From positions 13,824 through 77,823 of the forward strand of contig JBDRMK010000017.1 of assembly GCA_043812155.1 (NCBI GenBank): DNA of 64,000 nt, written 5' to 3'. Source of the stretch: Patescibacteria group bacterium (GTDB lineage: Bacteria > Patescibacteriota > Patescibacteriia > JAXHNJ01). Positions 59,597 to 64,000 of the stretch are shown piece after piece. The stretch's first letter is position 1. The number at the start of each line of letters is the position of its first letter. Below the pieces are notes generated by a model that did no database searches, was not told the origin of the DNA, and saw only the letters and a list, made by a program, of their open reading frames with translations. The position numbers and the translations under genes are program-made.

Positions 59597-60223
59597 TTAT
59601 TTTATCAACTCCTCGTTAATGATCTTCTTTAGTTGTTCATAGGTCGGCAATTCGGTGAACACATATTGATTGACGTAAAAATGCGGAGTCCCGTTCACCC
59701 CCAAGCCTGTTCCCTCGTTAATATCCGCCTCAATTAATTTTATGGTTTCGTGGTTGTTCACGCAACTGGCAAATCTATCTATATCCAAACCGATTTCCTC
59801 CGCCAAGACCACATACAAATCACTCGATAGATTTCTCTGATTCTCGAAGATCTTGTCATGCATCTCCCAGAATTTCCCCTGTTTTTGGCTGCAGCGGGCG
59901 ACCTCCGCCGCGGTCATAGCCTGGGCATGAATGCTGTAAATAGGAAAATCTTTCCAAACGATCCGGATATCCTCTTTATATTCCTCTTTTAATTTATTGA
60001 AAGAAACAGCCAGCTCGGCGCAAAATGGGCATTCAAAATCGCCGAATTCTATAATCTGAATTTTAGCCTTTTTATCGCCTAGGGTCGGAGACTGGCGGCT
60101 TACTTCCGGAAAATCATATGTTTTCGTTTTTCTGGAAAAAGAAAAAACGGAGATCGCCAAAATCAGCAAAACAACCAGGCTTAAGACAATGAGAATATTA
60201 ATGCTTAATTTTGATTTATTCAT
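59597..60223 (-). CDS. DsbA/BdbD-like thioredoxin-fold oxidoreductase
   Basis: EFGDFECPFC and GVNGTP motifs; N-terminal TM. Confidence 0.9.
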   Translation of the reverse strand: MNKSKLSINILIVLSLVVLLILAISVFSFSRKTKTYDFPEVSRQSPTLGDKKAKIQIIEFGDFECPFCAELAVSFNKLKEEYKEDIRIVWKDFPIYSIHAQAMTAAEVARCSQKQGKFWEMHDKIFENQRNLSSDLYVVLAEEIGLDIDRFASCVNNHETIKLIEADINEGTGLGVNGTPHFYVNQYVFTELPTYEQLKKIINEELIK

Positions 60224-60230
60224 GAAAGGC

Positions 60231-61475
60231 TTATTTCAGTCTGATTTGGTAGAGCCGGCCGGTCGTTTGATCGGTAAAGTATAGCAGGTCTTCGCCTGAA
60301 GAAAGAAAGATCTTATCCGCCGTAAAAGTGCCGTAACCCGAACTATCGACCGGGAGAGCAAGAAGAGTTTTTACCCCCGTATTTAAGTCGATTTTATAAA
60401 ACTCATCAGCCACGCCATTGGTTATTTCCGGATAAAGATCGCTGCCGGAAGGCAAATAGGTGGGCACGGCGCAGTATATGGTGTCTAAACTGCCAAAGGC
60501 GCATTTATCCGGCCAGGTCTGGATGTCTAATTCCTGGGGCGATCCGCCTAGATTGGCCAGGGTGCCGTCCATCACCCAAAGAGTGGGGTTATAACTGGTG
60601 TTTGAGCTGGAAATACTGTATAGGATTTTATCACCGCCCGGAGACCAGCGGCCGTTAAAATTAAGGCCGTCAACTTTTACCGCCGGAAAATTTTCATTAT
60701 TCAGGCCTAAAAAAATAATATCTTGTTCCGTCGACGTGCTGGTATCCGTATAGTAGGCCACCATCTGGTTGTTCGGCGACCAGTCAACTTTGACTAGATT
60801 CGTCTTATCGCCCAAAGCCTCCACTACTTGGGCGCCGGAGCCGTCAGGGTTGGAGACCGCGAGCCAATTTTCATCAGGCTGGGCTCCCACATATTTATAG
60901 GCGATTTGACTGCCGGAAGGAGAAAAAGAAAATTCAGTGGTTTCCCTCGGCAAACTATACTGTTTATCCTGGTTGAAATCATAGACAATTTTTGACCCGT
61001 CAGGGAAACTCAAAACCGCTTTATCGCGTGCCGGCGACCAATAGATTTTATCCACCTGAGGATACTTTTGCTGGGTTAAAAGGGTTTCGCTGGAGCCGTC
61101 GGCCGCTTTCTTTTTGAACTCGCCGGTGTATTTATCATAATAAATAATATCTTTTTTATTGCCGGCCATCACCAGATCCTGAGTGCTCTGGCTGATGATC
61201 TCTTTGGCCGAGGTATAACCGCCCGCCGCCACTTCCGAAGGCGGCTGATAAACGCCGTTGATATTGGGCAAAACCCCATTGACATTCGCTTGGCCGTTTA
61301 TATTGGCCTCCGGCCGATTGATAAGATTCACATTGGGCAGCACCCCGTTGACATTATAATTGCTGATGTTGGCATTCGGCGTCGGCGCAAAAAACAGGCG
61401 GAAAACAAAATAGCCGAAACCGACGGCTATGCCGAGAAAAATGACGACTAAAACGATTTTTTTCCAAAGAGTCAT
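60231..61475 (-). CDS. Membrane-anchored TolB-like beta-propeller protein
   Basis: TM, Asn-rich linker, WSP/FSP repeats. Confidence 0.7.
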   Translation of the reverse strand: MTLWKKIVLVVIFLGIAVGFGYFVFRLFFAPTPNANISNYNVNGVLPNVNLINRPEANINGQANVNGVLPNINGVYQPPSEVAAGGYTSAKEIISQSTQDLVMAGNKKDIIYYDKYTGEFKKKAADGSSETLLTQQKYPQVDKIYWSPARDKAVLSFPDGSKIVYDFNQDKQYSLPRETTEFSFSPSGSQIAYKYVGAQPDENWLAVSNPDGSGAQVVEALGDKTNLVKVDWSPNNQMVAYYTDTSTSTEQDIIFLGLNNENFPAVKVDGLNFNGRWSPGGDKILYSISSSNTSYNPTLWVMDGTLANLGGSPQELDIQTWPDKCAFGSLDTIYCAVPTYLPSGSDLYPEITNGVADEFYKIDLNTGVKTLLALPVDSSGYGTFTADKIFLSSGEDLLYFTDQTTGRLYQIRLK

Positions 61476-61484
61476 AAATTTTAT

Positions 61485-62786
61485 TTATTGAAAATTTACC
61501 ATTGTTAAATCCAAAGGCACGCAACATTTATTACTGCAGGAGGCTTGTCCAGTTTTATAATTCCCAGGCATGTTATTAAAACCAGTGCTCAAACCTAAAA
61601 TAGCGTCATTACAGCTCACTTCTTCATAATTAAATTTTGGGATTAAATTACAGGCCACCAACGAACAGACAATGTCGCTTTTACTGATAGAGGCGCAGCA
61701 AACCGCATCTAAACCAAAACCAACCCGGTTAGTGTCATTGCAGGGAAAAGTCATTTTTACGATTTTGCCGGTATAAGGCACGTCGGATTCAATTTCCTTG
61801 GGTTCCCCTTTATCCCAGCAAGCGGTTTCCGAATCGTTATTGGAGCCGCCGTACTGGCAAGAAATTCTTAGTTTCGTACTACTGCCGCAGGTTTTCAAAA
61901 TATTCGGATCCATCAAATAGCCAAAGTAACATTTATCCGGATAACCAATGGTTGGCATCCAGGACGTCGCGATCATTTTTAATTTAGTCGTTCGGTCAAT
62001 CTGCCGGCAAATATAGGAAGGGTAGCCACCAGCCTTACTAAAGACATCGTCAATCTGCTGACATTTGCCCGGCTCCGTGTTCTCGCAAAGCTCTTTCGCG
62101 TTTTGACAGTTAAAGGTGTCATTGTCGAAATTCGGGCCGCAAACTTCACCCGTTACCGAACAATAATGGCCGAGGCATTCCCCGCTGCCGTCTTTAAATT
62201 GTAAAATTTTCCCGCAATCCAATGCTGGGCTGTCTTTAGTCAGAGTAACGCCGGCTTTTTGATACTCATCATAAATAGCCAGCTTATCCAAAGTGAATTG
62301 CCGGCAAAAAACCGCGGAAAGATATTCCGATTTAACCGGCGTCAGATAAAGGCTGTTAAAACTTACAAGATCCGGATTAATGGTCCTTAAAAGAACATAA
62401 GAAGTAAGGGTTAAAACTAACCCTATTAGCGCGCCGTTCATGGTGGATTTGGCTTTTTCGATCCGGCTGGCGTTGCCCGAGGCCGTGACCCACTGGAAAC
62501 CGGAAAATAATATCATCACCGTCGCTAAAATTCCGGCGGCGCCGGCGAAATATTTGTAAAATTGGGAGATGTATTCACCGATATCATTAACACAGTATTT
62601 CCCCTGGCTTTTATAAGGCTCCGTCTGGCAGGGCTCGGTGAAACCGTAGATAGGAACCTGCAAAGGGATTTCTTTAATAAAGGTTTCGGTCGCGGCCTGA
62701 GCCTTGACTTCCACGGGTTTAAAGAATAATATGGTAATTAAAAAAACGGGAAGAAGAATAACAAATAATTTTTTTTGATACGGCAT
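61485..62786 (-). CDS. VirB2/TrbC-like pilin domain with Cys-rich C-terminal extension
   Basis: Pilin segment nearly identical to that in 58382-59596; start uncertain (62786 or 62813). Confidence 0.72.
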   Translation of the reverse strand: MPYQKKLFVILLPVFLITILFFKPVEVKAQAATETFIKEIPLQVPIYGFTEPCQTEPYKSQGKYCVNDIGEYISQFYKYFAGAAGILATVMILFSGFQWVTASGNASRIEKAKSTMNGALIGLVLTLTSYVLLRTINPDLVSFNSLYLTPVKSEYLSAVFCRQFTLDKLAIYDEYQKAGVTLTKDSPALDCGKILQFKDGSGECLGHYCSVTGEVCGPNFDNDTFNCQNAKELCENTEPGKCQQIDDVFSKAGGYPSYICRQIDRTTKLKMIATSWMPTIGYPDKCYFGYLMDPNILKTCGSSTKLRISCQYGGSNNDSETACWDKGEPKEIESDVPYTGKIVKMTFPCNDTNRVGFGLDAVCCASISKSDIVCSLVACNLIPKFNYEEVSCNDAILGLSTGFNNMPGNYKTGQASCSNKCCVPLDLTMVNFQ

Positions 62787-62826
62787 ACAATAAATATGAT
62801 TAAAAAATTTCACAGATTATTATTAT

Positions 62827-63534
62827 TTATTTGCAGACTTTAAAGATCCCTCCAGATTCTCCTATCATCCGAAAGAATGCGGCCGCCTGTAAGTAACCCA
62901 TATCGCTTCTGAAACCACAGGGATCATTCTTGGCGTAAATGATTAAACCCGCCAATATTACACCCACGACAATGACAATAAAAATAATCAACCATATCCA
63001 CCAGCTAACTGATAACAAGGCGGCGCCGATCGGTCCAATAACCACGCGAAGAAGCCACTGCCAACCTTTTTTCACCGCTTGTTTTGCCCCCTCCTTGATC
63101 ATTTTCTGCAGGTATTCTTTTTTCGCTTTTTCTAAGTCTTGTCTAAATTTTCTCGCCCAATTAGATTGTTCGTCATCTCCGGAAGGAGGATAAGAAAGGT
63201 TGACAGAATCATCATCATCGGACGATTCGCCTCCTGTCTTTTTTTCCGCCGGCGATTGGGGGAACGGCGCAGACGAGGGAGACGGATTAATCCCTTTTCC
63301 TTTTTCCTCCTCTCCGCCACCCTTTTTCTCGTCCGGCGGATAAGAATAATTAGAAGGCGACTCCTCGTCCGGCGATTCAGGGGACGGTTCGGCTGATGAT
63401 TCAGGATAATTAACCGGCGAAGGCGACGGCTGACTGCCTTCTCTTTTGCTGGCTAATTTCCGACTGTCAAGCTCGCGGGCAATATTCCTCTCTTGATTAT
63501 TTCGATTAAGATTTTTTTTTGGTTTTGGCGGCAT
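62827..63534 (-). CDS. Hypothetical membrane protein with Pro/Ser/Glu-rich disordered N-terminus
   Basis: Low-complexity N-terminus and two TMs near the C-terminus. Confidence 0.6.
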   Translation of the reverse strand: MPPKPKKNLNRNNQERNIARELDSRKLASKREGSQPSPSPVNYPESSAEPSPESPDEESPSNYSYPPDEKKGGGEEEKGKGINPSPSSAPFPQSPAEKKTGGESSDDDDSVNLSYPPSGDDEQSNWARKFRQDLEKAKKEYLQKMIKEGAKQAVKKGWQWLLRVVIGPIGAALLSVSWWIWLIIFIVIVVGVILAGLIIYAKNDPCGFRSDMGYLQAAAFFRMIGESGGIFKVCK

Positions 63535-63551
63535 ATAAAAAAACCTTTTGT

Positions 63552-63998
63552 CTATTGGGTATTAATTTTATCTTGCCAGGTCGCCTGATTGACCAGCCAG
63601 GTCTCGCCCTCTTTTTTAAATTGTAAAAGTAAATTTTGAAAATAACTGGCCGTTTCGGCGGTTTCGTTTCTCTCTGTCCGCTGGGCCGTTACCTGGCAAT
63701 TCGCTTTTTGGGGAGTTATACCGGTAATATTTTCGGCGACCACTTTGGTAAAAATGGCGAAATACGGGGCGTTTACCGCTTTCACCTGCTCCCGGGCGAC
63801 AAACTGATCAGTTTCGTTCTGCAAAGAAGCGGTCATCCCGCTTTTTAAATCGATAAAGCTCTGAAAATCATTATTGTTCGAGTAACTGCCGTAGCGTTCG
63901 GCAAAAGTAAAGCAGATTTCTTTAATAATGGCTTCATCCGTAATTACGGCGGCGTTGGTATTTTGGTTTGAGTTAATATTGCCATCCGCGTTAGCGTT
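63552..63998 (-). CDS. Hypothetical protein, 3' part (start outside window)
   Basis: The frame stays open to the window edge; Asn-rich linker, FAERYGSYSN, C-terminal KEGETWLV. Confidence 0.65.
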   Translation of the reverse strand, partial: NANADGNINSNQNTNAAVITDEAIIKEICFTFAERYGSYSNNNDFQSFIDLKSGMTASLQNETDQFVAREQVKAVNAPYFAIFTKVVAENITGITPQKANCQVTAQRTERNETAETASYFQNLLLQFKKEGETWLVNQATWQDKINTQ

Positions 63999-64000
63999 TG

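Noticed and set aside
58999-62585. Pilin block pair as DGR template/variable repeats
   Set aside because: Both copies are coding, the differences are mostly synonymous rather than adenine-specific, and no reverse transcriptase is in the window.

Overview
This looks like a chromosomal segment of a Patescibacteria (CPR, Parcubacteria-like) bacterium. The taxonomy is inferred from gene content: VirB2-like pilins, orphan receiver proteins, Cys-rich secreted proteins and many orphan genes. The window carries the str/S10 ribosomal cluster (rpsL-rpsG-fusA-tuf-rpsJ-rplC-rplD, with inserted orphans), rpmB, gatCA, ligA, ndk, a type IV pilus locus, lemA-htpX, clpC, comF, pepT, recG, radA and four intact tRNAs: Pro(GGG), Ser(GCT), Ser(TGA) and Arg(GCG). 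The most unusual signal is a pattern seen four times. An essential gene (fusA, tRNA-Pro, tRNA-Ser(TGA), tRNA-Ser(GCT)) is present as an intact copy plus a broken partial copy, and the partial copy ends at, or is interrupted by, a short palindromic hairpin. At tRNA-Ser(GCT), two oppositely oriented hairpins enclose a small GIY-YIG nuclease gene, and the cassette is bounded by a 14-bp duplication of the tRNA 3' end. This suggests a minimal nuclease/hairpin element that invades essential genes and supplies replacement copies. That mechanism is inference. Other notable items are a RAYT/REP unit inside the pilus locus, two candidate structured RNAs flanking recG, an 11-aa Cys-rich micropeptide with its own promoter and terminator, a TruB-Nudix fusion, a degenerate PilT, a pilin-M15 peptidase fusion and a probable arginine-synthetase-family protein. 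All calls were made by eye and no database searches were run.
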